A stretch of DNA of 64,000 nucleotides from an uncultured bacterium (GTDB lineage Bacteria; Chloroflexota; UBA5177; JANWHV01), in NCBI GenBank assembly GCA_963827235.1, contig CAWHAE010000016.1, positions 384,001 through 448,000 of the forward strand, written 5' to 3'. Made by a program: the position numbers and the translations under genes. The notes below the pieces were generated by a model. That model made no database searches. It was not told the DNA's origin and saw nothing but the letters and a program-made list of their open reading frames with translations. Shown here piece after piece: positions 44,787-54,365 of this stretch (the stretch's first letter is position 1; each line of letters begins with the position of its first letter).

Positions 44787-45893
44787 TCATTTCTCTTCGT
44801 GGCTGAGGGTCGCCGCGCGCCGGGTGCGCGGCGACCCTTCCTTGTCACTGGCTTGTATGCCCGTGCGGCCTGACCGTTCATGGGGACGGCTGCTCTGCTC
44901 GTCCCGCGCTGCCAGACGAGAAAGCAGATCGTCCATGGCTGTGCGGGGATTCTTGTCCTCGAAGAGCACGGCGCAGACCTCGTTGGTGATCGGCAGCTCC
45001 ACGCCCATGCGCGCTGCCAGTATCTGGGCAGCCGGGGCGGTGCGCACACCCTCGGCAACCATGGTCATTCCCGCGAGCACGTCCTCGAGCCGGCCACCGC
45101 GGCCGATCAGCTCACCGACATGATGGTTCCGGCTGAGCGGGCTGACACAGGTGGCGAAGAGGTCGCCATAGCCGCTCAGGCCGGCAAATGTCAGCGGATC
45201 GGCACCGCACGCCTTGCCGAGGCGCGCGATCTCTGCCATACCTCTGGTCACGATTCCGGCTTTGCCGTTGGTGCCCATGCCCAGTCCGTCGCATATGCCA
45301 GCGGCAAGGGCGATCACGTTCTTTAGCGCGCCGCCCAGCTCAACGCCAATCGTGTCCTCCGAAGTGTAGAGACGAAAGTGCCGCGTGCCAATGCGAGCCG
45401 CGCACTTGGCGGCGACGGCGCCATCTGGACAGGCAAGTACGGCCGCGGCAGGAAGCGCTGATGCGATCTCTCGCGCAAGGTTGGGGCCCGAGAGCACGCA
45501 GAGGTCAGGAAGCGGTCCCAGCTCCGAACGGATCACCTCGGAGATGCGCAGCCCGGTGCCCAGCTCGAGGCCCTTGACTGCGCTCACGATCGTCTGTGCC
45601 GCGCCGATACGCGATTTCAATGCTCGGCACGTCGCCCGTACGTGCTCACTGGGCACCGCAAGCAAGACATAGGCAGACCTACCGGCGGAAGCGTAACCGT
45701 CTACGACAGCCAACGAAGCTGGCACGGGGACCCCCGGCAGCGATGCCGTATTCTCCCCGGTGTCCACGATTCGCGAGGCCCGGTCCGGATCGCGGGCGCA
45801 GAGCACGGTACGCCGCCCACTATTCGCTTCGAGGATGGCGAGCGTGGTTCCCCAGTTGCCAGTGCCTATCACGCAGACGTCGAAGGAGGCCAT
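44787..45893 (-). CDS. gpsA: NAD(P)H-dependent glycerol-3-phosphate dehydrogenase
   Basis: VIGTGNWGT, SGPNLA.E, GVELGGALKNVIA, GLSGYGDL.ATC, SRN. Confidence 0.97.
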   Translation of the reverse strand: MASFDVCVIGTGNWGTTLAILEANSGRRTVLCARDPDRASRIVDTGENTASLPGVPVPASLAVVDGYASAGRSAYVLLAVPSEHVRATCRALKSRIGAAQTIVSAVKGLELGTGLRISEVIRSELGPLPDLCVLSGPNLAREIASALPAAAVLACPDGAVAAKCAARIGTRHFRLYTSEDTIGVELGGALKNVIALAAGICDGLGMGTNGKAGIVTRGMAEIARLGKACGADPLTFAGLSGYGDLFATCVSPLSRNHHVGELIGRGGRLEDVLAGMTMVAEGVRTAPAAQILAARMGVELPITNEVCAVLFEDKNPRTAMDDLLSRLAARDEQSSRPHERSGRTGIQASDKEGSPRTRRAATLSHEEK

Positions 45894-45949
45894 GCTCTCG
45901 CCACTAGACATGCGCCGAACCGGCAGGCCGGCAGGCAAGCCTCGGGCGC

Positions 45950-46576
45950 TCAGCCGACATGCTGTGCCGGTTGTCCAATCTTGCGTTCCGTGCCCGCCAG
46001 CAAGCGCTGAATATTGTCGGAATGTCGGAAAATGATCAGCAGCGCTCCAGTAATGGTGTACATGAGCACCCACGGAGAGTATAACCCGATGATCACCAGC
46101 GGGATGGCGGCCAGCATGGCAATCACGGTGCCGATCAGCACGCCGAACGACACCATTCTGCTGACGGCGATCAGGGTCACTCCGATACAGGTAGCTATCA
46201 GTGCCGCAGGCCAGCAGAGCACGAAGAAGATGGCGAAGCTCACGAGCACACCTCGGCCGCCCCGGAACCCAGCGTAGACCGGCCAGTTATGGCCCACGGC
46301 AGCGGCAAGTCCGGCCAGCGCCGCGGCAGCGGCACTGCCGGCAATCACGTGCGCGATCAGGATAGCCAGCAATCCCTTCCCCATGTCGCACAGGACGACC
46401 AGCACGGCCGGTGCAATGCCCAGGGTGCGCAAGGCGTTGGTCGCTCCCGTTTTGCCGCTGCCGAATTCGCGCAGATCGACGCCCTTGACGATCTTGCCCA
46501 CTACCAGCCCGCTTGGAAAGGCGCCGAGCAGATAACCGATCAGGATCGCCAGCACGTATGGAGCAACAGCGCTCAC
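45950..46576 (-). CDS. plsY: Glycerol-3-phosphate acyltransferase
   Basis: GYLLGAFPSG, GSGKTGATN, GHNWPVY, FRGGRGV, HSDNIQRL. Confidence 0.96.
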   Translation of the reverse strand: MSAVAPYVLAILIGYLLGAFPSGLVVGKIVKGVDLREFGSGKTGATNALRTLGIAPAVLVVLCDMGKGLLAILIAHVIAGSAAAAALAGLAAAVGHNWPVYAGFRGGRGVLVSFAIFFVLCWPAALIATCIGVTLIAVSRMVSFGVLIGTVIAMLAAIPLVIIGLYSPWVLMYTITGALLIIFRHSDNIQRLLAGTERKIGQPAQHVG

Positions 46577-46616
46577 TCAATCACCACCCGTTTCCTGCGC
46601 GACCCTCGCCGACAGG

Positions 46617-48110
46617 CTATGTCTCCGACCGCGGCCGTTTCGCACGCCCCGCATCACCAGGCCTATCGACCCGCTGATCCCCGTGGCCGGGGGTAGTCTT
46701 TCTGTCTACCCGCGGCGTGCCGATGGCCTGAGCCGCCTTTCGCGCTCCACTCGGGCCGGTGGCATGCAGTCTGCCCGAACCTTCCGACGGCGCCTCCCTA
46801 GAGGACCTGAAACGCAATCGCAGCGCAGTCCCCGTGAACTCGAAGCGCTCGCGAAGCTGGTTTTCAAGAAAGCGCTGATAGGAGAAATGCACGAGCTCCG
46901 GATCGTTGACGAAGAACACGAAGCTTGGCGGGTCCACCCCGACCTGCGTGACGTAGCGCAGCCTCAGCATCTTTCCGCCGTGACTCGTCGGCTGGTGGGC
47001 CTGCAACGCGTCCTGCACCACTCGATTCAGCTCAGCTGTCGGCACGCGCTTCCCCCTCACGTCCTTCACCTCGAGCGCAAGGTCAAGTATGCGTCGCACG
47101 CGCTGCCTCGTCAACGCCGACGTGTAGAGCATGGGCGCGTCGTGCACGAAATGGAGCTCCCGATGGATCTTCTTCGTGTACTCAATCACCGATCGATCGT
47201 CCTTCGGCACCACGAGGTCCCACTTGTTTACGACGATGACGAGCCCCTTGCCCGCGTCCCAGACATAGCCTGCGATGTGCGCGTCCTGCGCCGCGATCGG
47301 CTCAGTGGCGTCGATTACCAGCACTGCCACGTCCGAGCGGCCTATTGCGCGCATCGCTCGCATGACGCTGTAGCGCTCCACACCTCCCTCGATGTGACCG
47401 CGCTTGCGGATACCGGCGGTGTCCACCAAGATCAAGCTCCGGTCGCCATGCGATACCACGGTGTCTGTGGAGTCGCGGGTTGTGCCAGGCACGTCGGAGA
47501 CCAGCGCGCGATCCTCCTGCAATATGGCGTTCAGCAAGCTGGACTTGCCCACGTTCGGCCGGCCCACAAGAGTGATGCGCGGACGCTCGTCGGGTTGCGG
47601 CTCGTCCACCTTGGGCAGGTGCTCGGCGATTGCGTCCAGCAGGTCGCCGGTATTGAGGCCGTTGAGGCCCGATATCGGGATGGGCTCGCCGAGACCGAGC
47701 GCGAAGAACTCGGCGGCGTCCAGCCGGCGAGTCTCATTCTCTGCCTTGGTCGCGGCGACGACGATAGGGTTCTTTGCCGCCCGAAGCTGATCGGCGACGT
47801 CATGGTCCATTGCCGTGAGACCGGAGCGCGCATCCACCATAAGCACGATTACGTCCGCCTCTTCGATGGCCATCTCGGCCTGCCGCCTGATATCGCGAGA
47901 CATGTCGCTCGTCGAAGCGAAGTCTATGCCTCCGGTGTCGACTACCATAAACGGCTTGTCGTTCCAGATGGCGGCGCCGTATACCCTGTCCCTCGTCGTA
48001 CCCGGCTCGTCCTCCACTATTGCCTGTGGGCGCCCGACCAGCCGGTTGAAGAGCGTAGATTTGCCAACGTTGGGGCGGCCGACCAGGGCCACGATAGGTA
48101 GACCGTTCAT
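46617..48110 (-). CDS. der: Ribosome biogenesis GTPase Der (EngA)
   Basis: Two GRPNVGKS P-loops, PGTTRD twice, DTGG/DTAG, KH-like C-terminal domain, extra basic tail. Confidence 0.98.
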   Translation of the reverse strand: MNGLPIVALVGRPNVGKSTLFNRLVGRPQAIVEDEPGTTRDRVYGAAIWNDKPFMVVDTGGIDFASTSDMSRDIRRQAEMAIEEADVIVLMVDARSGLTAMDHDVADQLRAAKNPIVVAATKAENETRRLDAAEFFALGLGEPIPISGLNGLNTGDLLDAIAEHLPKVDEPQPDERPRITLVGRPNVGKSSLLNAILQEDRALVSDVPGTTRDSTDTVVSHGDRSLILVDTAGIRKRGHIEGGVERYSVMRAMRAIGRSDVAVLVIDATEPIAAQDAHIAGYVWDAGKGLVIVVNKWDLVVPKDDRSVIEYTKKIHRELHFVHDAPMLYTSALTRQRVRRILDLALEVKDVRGKRVPTAELNRVVQDALQAHQPTSHGGKMLRLRYVTQVGVDPPSFVFFVNDPELVHFSYQRFLENQLRERFEFTGTALRLRFRSSREAPSEGSGRLHATGPSGARKAAQAIGTPRVDRKTTPGHGDQRVDRPGDAGRAKRPRSET

Positions 48111-49459
48111 GCTACGAGCCTCACTATGTCGCTAATGCTCTGCGCAAGCAACAGCGGGCGCTGCAGCCGGCTCTCCAGCATGTCAATCGTCATGTCATCG
48201 AGCGTCATCCGACCGGCGCGATCGAACATGACGCGAGGCACGACCACGGTGTCTCCAAGGTGCTCGCTATTCAAACGCCCCACAAGATCCATGCCGCTGA
48301 TCAATCCGGACACGGTGACTTCCGAGCCAAATAGCCGATTCTCGACAGGAACAATATCTACCTTCAGATTCTCTACCTCGTTGAGCCTTCGCGCAATGCC
48401 ATGCATGACCGGAGCAATCAGCTGTCCACAGGTCATGGTCAGGTGGCGTGGTCGGTCCAACCTCGCCGGGAGACGCCGCCTCACCCTGTGCCACTCGTCT
48501 ACGAGCACACGCACCATGCCCACACCGTTCTCGAGCTGAGAAAGGTCCGAGTAGTGTGCTCTCCCGGGCACACGGAGTCCAGCAAGCAGGTAGAGCTCAT
48601 CCGAGAGATAGACGATTGGCTCTCCGTGCAACGACTTGTTTCGCTGCTGGTACGGCTTGAGCGTGTGGACTACCCTTGCCGCCTCTTCGCCCCGGAACCG
48701 GCGCAGGGGATTCTTGGCAGACGCCGTCCGCTCGGTGCGTATGCGTGTCAGCCCGACGGGTACGACAGCAATCGAGCGCACCGCGGGGTAACGCCCGAGA
48801 AGCTCCTCCACGCTCGTGAGAAGATCGTCGCCGTCGTTGATTCCCGGGCACAGCACGAGCTGCGTGTGCACGACGATGCCCAGCGACGCCAGCCTGTAAA
48901 GCTGCTCACGTATGTCAGGAGCGTGTCGATTGCCCAGCAGCCGCCGTCTCAGATCCGGGTCGGTGCTGTGCACGGAGATGTACAGCGGAGAGAGGCGCTG
49001 CTCGCCGATGCGCGACCAGTCGGCTTCCGAGATATTAGTCAGCGTCACGAAGCTGGCGTTCAGGAACGAAAAGCGGTAGTCGTCGTCCTTGATGTGAAGC
49101 GAGGCGCGCATACCCTTGGGAAGCTGCGTCACGAAGCAGAACGGGCAGTGATTATTGCACTCGGAGATGTCCTCGAGCGTGAGCTCCGGTAGCTGGAGGC
49201 CCAAGTCCGCGTCGGGATGCTTCCGCATGCGCACGGCTCTCACGTCGCCCGCTCGCTGCACCTGGAGCAGCAACCGGTCCTCCGCGCCGTAGAAGCGGTA
49301 ATCAATGGGATCGCGCAGCGGATGGCCATTGATCGATAGCAGTATATCGCCGGCCCGAATGCCTGCCTCCTGCGCGAGACTGTTCGGCACTACGGCCAGC
49401 ACGGTGCCCGGGTGCTCAACCCGCACGGTCCGTGGGTCGACGAGGGGAACAAGAGACAT
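48107..49459 (-). CDS. DUF512 PDZ/radical-SAM-like Fe-S protein
   Basis: N-terminal PDZ, CNNHCPFC, KDDDYRFSFL, QLENGVG, VTVSGL. Confidence 0.92.
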   Translation of the reverse strand: MSLVPLVDPRTVRVEHPGTVLAVVPNSLAQEAGIRAGDILLSINGHPLRDPIDYRFYGAEDRLLLQVQRAGDVRAVRMRKHPDADLGLQLPELTLEDISECNNHCPFCFVTQLPKGMRASLHIKDDDYRFSFLNASFVTLTNISEADWSRIGEQRLSPLYISVHSTDPDLRRRLLGNRHAPDIREQLYRLASLGIVVHTQLVLCPGINDGDDLLTSVEELLGRYPAVRSIAVVPVGLTRIRTERTASAKNPLRRFRGEEAARVVHTLKPYQQRNKSLHGEPIVYLSDELYLLAGLRVPGRAHYSDLSQLENGVGMVRVLVDEWHRVRRRLPARLDRPRHLTMTCGQLIAPVMHGIARRLNEVENLKVDIVPVENRLFGSEVTVSGLISGMDLVGRLNSEHLGDTVVVPRVMFDRAGRMTLDDMTIDMLESRLQRPLLLAQSISDIVRLVA

Positions 49460-49630
49460 GCTTACACGCGACCCATTATCCTGTTATGCTGGGATCAGAT
49501 GAAAACGCGCCCGCGAGGGCACTATTGATGGCCCGTCACGAGGCGCCACTGCATAGTATACCAGTCGGGGCTCGCAAATCGATTGGCAGTCGGGTGTGCG
49601 GCGCGGGAGTCCCGCGAGGAGGGTTGAAGG

Positions 49631-49831
49631 GTGCTCAGGGGGTTCATGGGTCAGTTGGTGGGAGTGGTGTCCATTCCGCTGTGGCTGGCCAGCTCAGTAT
49701 ACTTTATGTCACGCGCAGCCGACCCTACGGCCACCGACACCGGCAATTGGTTCGCCGCCTTCGTGATCGTCACCGTCTTGTTCGTCGGCATCATGTCCTT
49801 TTGGAACAGGGTCTTCCGCCTGGAAGCGTAG
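49631..49831 (+). CDS. Small two-TM membrane protein (66 aa)
   Basis: GAGGAGG SD and two hydrophobic helices; fills the gap between plsC and DUF512 on the opposite strand. Confidence 0.7.
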   Translation: MLRGFMGQLVGVVSIPLWLASSVYFMSRAADPTATDTGNWFAAFVIVTVLFVGIMSFWNRVFRLEA

Positions 49832-49834
49832 GGC

Positions 49835-50497
49835 TCATTCCTCCTCGGCATAGATGCCGTGATATTCGGGCGGAAGCAGCTCGACGATCCTTCGCATGAG
49901 GAGGCCCGTCGCGTGCTTCTTGCCGGCGCCACGGCTGCCCTTCTCCAGGTAGATGGGCTCTCCCACGTTGACGTGGATGTCGGGACGCCCGCCGGGTAGT
50001 CCGAGCAAGGTCGCCGGCAGACTCTTGAACCTCAGGTGCTCGCTCCCCGAGATACCTACCGGGAGAATGGGTGAGTTTGTGCGCGTTGCCAATAGCACGG
50101 CGCCCGCTCGGGCTGCTTGGGCGCCCGTAGTCTTGCTGCGGTGCCCTTCAGGGAACATCATCACGACCTCGCCCTGTCGCAGCAGTTCCTCGGCCCGCCG
50201 TATGGCACCGCGATCGACTTCACCCCGGCGAATGGGAAACGTGCCGGCATTGTGGAGATACCAGGCGAACGGCTTGAACCTGAACAATTCCTCCTTGGCC
50301 ATGAAATAGAGCTGGCGGGGGAACAGAACGCCGAGAAGCCAGGGATCCATCCAGCAGAGATGGTTGCAGGCGAGCACGACGCCTCCGGTCGCGGGCATAC
50401 GTCTCGCGTTCGTCACGTGCAGCCGCGCAATGGCGGTGTAGAGAACGCGCAACGGGGCGCGGTGGTGATCGTAGAACCGATTTGTCTGGGCGCTCAT
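49835..50497 (-). CDS. plsC: 1-acyl-sn-glycerol-3-phosphate acyltransferase
   Basis: NHLCWMD, FMAKEELF, FPEGHRS. Confidence 0.93.
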   Translation of the reverse strand: MSAQTNRFYDHHRAPLRVLYTAIARLHVTNARRMPATGGVVLACNHLCWMDPWLLGVLFPRQLYFMAKEELFRFKPFAWYLHNAGTFPIRRGEVDRGAIRRAEELLRQGEVVMMFPEGHRSKTTGAQAARAGAVLLATRTNSPILPVGISGSEHLRFKSLPATLLGLPGGRPDIHVNVGEPIYLEKGSRGAGKKHATGLLMRRIVELLPPEYHGIYAEEE

Positions 50498-51192
50498 GGA
50501 ATCTTCTCCGCCAGGTGCTCGCGCACGATGCCGAGCACAAGGTCTACCGCGCGGTCCAGCTCGTAGCCCGTCGTATCGATCAGAATGGCGTCCTCGGCGG
50601 GACGAAGCGGAGATATGGGTCTCTCAGAATCAAGCTTGTCACGCCGCTTGAGGTCTGCCAGTGTCGCCTCGTACGTCACGTCAAGGCCGGATGCCTGTTG
50701 CTCCTGAAAGCGGCGGCGGGCCCGATCCTCGACGCTGGCCGACAGGTAGATCTTCACTTCCGCGTCCCGAGCCACGACTGTACCGATGTCTCGTCCGACC
50801 ATCACCGTGGAGTGCGTCCGGCGGATGCGGCGCTGCTGCGCCACCATCGTCTCTCGCACCTCGCGATAGCTCGATATGAGCGACACGTTCTTGTCCACCA
50901 GCGGACTACGCAACCGGCTCGTGATGTCGACGCCGTCCGCCAGGAGGGGCGGATTCACCTGTTCTGCGGTGGCAAGGGTCGGGAAGCTAAACTCGACCGA
51001 TCGTGCAACCGCCACGACTCCGGCCTCGTCTGCCGGATCAATGGCTCGGTCGAGCACGAGGCTTGTCACAGCGCGATACATCGCCCCGGTATCCAGGTAC
51101 ATGTATCCCAGCGCGATCGCCAGGTGGCTCCCGATCGTCGACTTGCCCGACGCCACGGGCCCGTCGATGGCCACGCACACGCTCCGTTCCAC
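50494..51192 (-). CDS. cmk: Cytidylate kinase
   Basis: AIDGPVASGKST, LDTGAMYRA, GRDIGTVV, RRDKLDSER..SPL. Confidence 0.97.
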   Translation of the reverse strand: MERSVCVAIDGPVASGKSTIGSHLAIALGYMYLDTGAMYRAVTSLVLDRAIDPADEAGVVAVARSVEFSFPTLATAEQVNPPLLADGVDITSRLRSPLVDKNVSLISSYREVRETMVAQQRRIRRTHSTVMVGRDIGTVVARDAEVKIYLSASVEDRARRRFQEQQASGLDVTYEATLADLKRRDKLDSERPISPLRPAEDAILIDTTGYELDRAVDLVLGIVREHLAEKIP

Positions 51193-51985
51193 CGGTCGCG
51201 CTCTCCCTCTCCTCGCTCCGCTCAAGCTTCTTCCCGCCGGCCCGCGGGATCGCGGCGGATGGGCGTCTGCCGCCTCGTTGCGCGATCAATGCTCCCACCT
51301 CGCGGCCATCGAGATTCCGCCACTGCCCCAGCGCAAGCCATCCCAGCATGATCCCGCCAATTCGCCGCCGAACCAGCCGGCGCACGCGTATGCCGGCAAA
51401 GGTGCAGATCATGCGCACCTCGCGCTTCCTGCCCTCGAGCATCACAATGGTCAGCACATTGGACAGACCGTCCTGGCTGGATAGACGCACGTGCTGCGGT
51501 CGAGCCAGCTTGCCATCCAACATGATACCGTCCCGTAGTCTCTCCAGGTCGTCTTCTGTCAACGAACCGGCCACGCGGACTTCGTACTCGCGCTCCACCT
51601 GGTAGCGAGGATGCGCCACCTGTTCGGCCCAGGCGCCGTCAGTCGTCATCAGCAACAGCCCCTCGGTCTCGCGGTCCAGTCTCCCTACCGAGAACAGGCC
51701 CGGTATGTCGGGCACCAGCTCATAGACCGTCGGCCGGCCTTCGGGATCGTGACGCGTCGTCACGTAGCCGGCAGGCTTGTTCAGCATGATGTAGCTGTGC
51801 TTCTCTGCCTGGAAAACCGGATGGCCGTCCACGGCCACCTCGTCGACGTCCGGATCGGCCCGCGCGCCGAGCTCGGCTACGACACGGCCGTTCACGGTCA
51901 CGCGACCGTCAAGGATGAGTGACTCAGATGCCCGGCGCGAGGCGATGCCGCCCCGCGCCAATATCTTCTGCAGTCGTTCTTCCAT
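51038..51985 (-). CDS. rluB: rRNA pseudouridine synthase (RluB/RsuA family)
   Basis: ERLQKILA..GIASRR S4 domain, LNKPAGY, VGRLDRETEGLL, EGRKREVR. The tail overlaps cmk. Confidence 0.93.
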   Translation of the reverse strand: MEERLQKILARGGIASRRASESLILDGRVTVNGRVVAELGARADPDVDEVAVDGHPVFQAEKHSYIMLNKPAGYVTTRHDPEGRPTVYELVPDIPGLFSVGRLDRETEGLLLMTTDGAWAEQVAHPRYQVEREYEVRVAGSLTEDDLERLRDGIMLDGKLARPQHVRLSSQDGLSNVLTIVMLEGRKREVRMICTFAGIRVRRLVRRRIGGIMLGWLALGQWRNLDGREVGALIAQRGGRRPSAAIPRAGGKKLERSEERESATGGTERVRGHRRARGVGQVDDREPPGDRAGIHVPGYRGDVSRCDKPRARPSH

Positions 51986-51990
51986 GCTTC

Positions 51991-53484
51991 CTACGACTGG
52001 GCCAGGCCCAGCGCGAATCGCACCAGCGTCCGCACGGGATGCCCGGTCGCAAGGCCCTTGGCAAAGTAGTCGCTCTCGTTATCCGAGAACGCCGTAGGGG
52101 CGATGTCGATATGCGCCCACGGCTTTTCGCCCGCGAACTCGGCCAGGAACATGGCGGCAGTTATCGCGCCGCCTTCTCTACCGCCCACGTTGCGCATGTC
52201 GGCACAGCTCGTGTCCAGCAACGTACGGAAGTCCGGGTCCATGGGCAACGGCCAGAGACGCTCGCCGGTGAGCTTGGAGGCACCAATCAGCCCGTCCCGC
52301 GTGCTCTCGTCGTTGGAGAACAAGCCCGAGTAATACGGGCCGAGGGCAACGCTGCAGGCGCCGGTGAGCGTCGCGGCGTCGACGATGGGCGAGAGGCCCA
52401 GCTCGACTGCGTAGCTCAGTGCGTCGGAGAGAACTATGCGACCCTCAGCGTCCGTGTTCTGTATCTCGATCGTTTTGCCGTTCATCGCCCGCACGATGTC
52501 GCCCGGTCGATACGACTCACCGTCAGGCATGTTCTCGGCCGTTGCCACCAGCATCGTGACGTTGAGCTTCGGCTTCAGGTCGGCAATCGCATGCATGGCA
52601 CCCAACATCGCAGCCGCACCGGCCATGTCTGTCTTCATGATGTGCATGTCCGCTCCCGGCTTCAGCGAGATACCGCCGGTATCGAACGTGATGCCCTTGC
52701 CCACCAGGCCAAGAGTTGGACGCACGCCCCCTCGATCGCCCCTATAGTGCAACGCGATCAGCCTGGGCGGCGTGGCACTGCCGGACCCCACCGCCAGGAG
52801 TGCGTTCATGCCGCGGCGCCGCAGCTCGTCGGGCTCGAATACCTCACATTGCAGCCCTTTGGCCTCGGCTAGGGCCTGCGCCCGTTTGGCCAGCTCGGCA
52901 GGGTTGAGGACGTTAGGCGGCTCGTTGACGAGGTCGCGCGTGAACGTGGTGCCGGCCATCATCGCCTCGGCAAGCCTGATGGCCGGATCGAGATCCGTCT
53001 CTGCAGGCCCGAAGAACGTCACCTGCTCAAGGCGAAGCGGTGGCCGTTCGGAGCTGAAATAGCCGTCAAAGCTGTAGGCAGCGAGAAGCACGCCCTCCGT
53101 TGCTGCCAGCGCTGCTTCCTCCGCCGTCAGCGATTCCATCGGCACCGCTTCGATGCCTGCGGTTGCCAGCCCCGCCTTCTTCAGGTGCTTCGTCACCTTA
53201 CCCGCCGCCCGGCGCACCGCTTCCGCGCTGAACCGAGTCCGCTTACCGAGACCTGCTACGATCACTCGTGCCGGCGGAAGCATACCGAGGGTGAGTATGG
53301 CGGTAACCTCGCCTGCCGAGCCCTTGATCTCGTTGCGTTCGACCATCGACGAGATGACGCCGCCCATGCGGGTGTCAACGTTCGCCAAAGTCGCCGACAG
53401 CGGCTCATCCTCGAAGTAAAACGCGACCACGGCATCGAGCGCGGCATTCGTGATTGCCTCGCCTCGTCGCGCAGTAATGCGCAT
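51991..53484 (-). CDS. pepA: Leucyl aminopeptidase (M17)
   Basis: GKGITFDTGG, MKTDMAG, NTDAEGR, ATLTGA, WAHIDIA. Confidence 0.97.
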   Translation of the reverse strand: MRITARRGEAITNAALDAVVAFYFEDEPLSATLANVDTRMGGVISSMVERNEIKGSAGEVTAILTLGMLPPARVIVAGLGKRTRFSAEAVRRAAGKVTKHLKKAGLATAGIEAVPMESLTAEEAALAATEGVLLAAYSFDGYFSSERPPLRLEQVTFFGPAETDLDPAIRLAEAMMAGTTFTRDLVNEPPNVLNPAELAKRAQALAEAKGLQCEVFEPDELRRRGMNALLAVGSGSATPPRLIALHYRGDRGGVRPTLGLVGKGITFDTGGISLKPGADMHIMKTDMAGAAAMLGAMHAIADLKPKLNVTMLVATAENMPDGESYRPGDIVRAMNGKTIEIQNTDAEGRIVLSDALSYAVELGLSPIVDAATLTGACSVALGPYYSGLFSNDESTRDGLIGASKLTGERLWPLPMDPDFRTLLDTSCADMRNVGGREGGAITAAMFLAEFAGEKPWAHIDIAPTAFSDNESDYFAKGLATGHPVRTLVRFALGLAQS

Positions 53485-53672
53485 GGACTTCCCCCTCCAA
53501 ATCGGATCCTCTTGGATCGATTGACCCCCGCTTCAGAGATCGGCCCGGCGGTTCAGGAACGCGCCCTCGATCGCTGCGTCCTCAACGCTGCCAGGACCGC
53601 TCTTCCGGCATCCGGAACGCGGGGATGTGCGACCGCGTCCGCGACATTCGGTGCCGGCGAGCACCGGCACGT

Positions 53673-54365
53673 TCAAGTGCCAGGGTAACATATCGGCGAC
53701 ACCGGCGTCGCTCTACTCAGCGTCTCCACTCGTGCCGGACGAGGAGGCAGCCCCGAGCCAACGCTGATCGACGCCTCATGGTCCACCATCTCATTGCTGA
53801 TCCCTCGAGTGCTACCCTGGAACAGGGCATCCCGGCTCAGGGCGTAGCGGAGTCCCGACGTGGACACGGCATCAACAGATGGCGTGAGCGGCATCAGCGA
53901 CACGTAGTCCCCCGCCTCGCCCACGATGGTCCGCGAATCCCATACTACCAGCGCTTCGCCAGCCTCATCCAGCATGCGGAGGTCCACCGGTCTGAATACC
54001 GGCAAGGAGAGCAGCATCACGTTGCCGAGCGTATGGTCGAGTCTCGCGCCGCCCAGAGCCCCCACGACTGTGATCCGATCCGCTCCCTCCGACAGGGCAA
54101 AGTCGAGAGAGATCTCGAGATCCGTTTTGTCTTTGCTCACCGGGAATTCCACCATGTGCACGCCGGCCTCCTGCATCCTGGCTCGCGTATTCGGCGATAT
54201 GGAGTCCATGTCCCCAAGTACGGCGGCGGGCACGATAGCAGCGCCCATCACTGCCTCGGCTCCGCCGTCCGCGCAGACGATCAGGTCCGCCAAGACCGCG
54301 GTCGACATGAGCAGCTGAGCGCTCACCGGCGCGCTTCCGACGACGAGAACGTGGAGTGCAGTCAC
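53673..54365 (-). CDS. thiN: Thiamine diphosphokinase (probable frameshift in the last residues; homologous end at 53717)
   Basis: ADGGA, GDMDS, KDKTDLE, GARLDH, GLRYAL, GISNE. Confidence 0.94.
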   Translation of the reverse strand: MTALHVLVVGSAPVSAQLLMSTAVLADLIVCADGGAEAVMGAAIVPAAVLGDMDSISPNTRARMQEAGVHMVEFPVSKDKTDLEISLDFALSEGADRITVVGALGGARLDHTLGNVMLLSLPVFRPVDLRMLDEAGEALVVWDSRTIVGEAGDYVSLMPLTPSVDAVSTSGLRYALSRDALFQGSTRGISNEMVDHEASISVGSGLPPRPARVETLSRATPVSPICYPGT

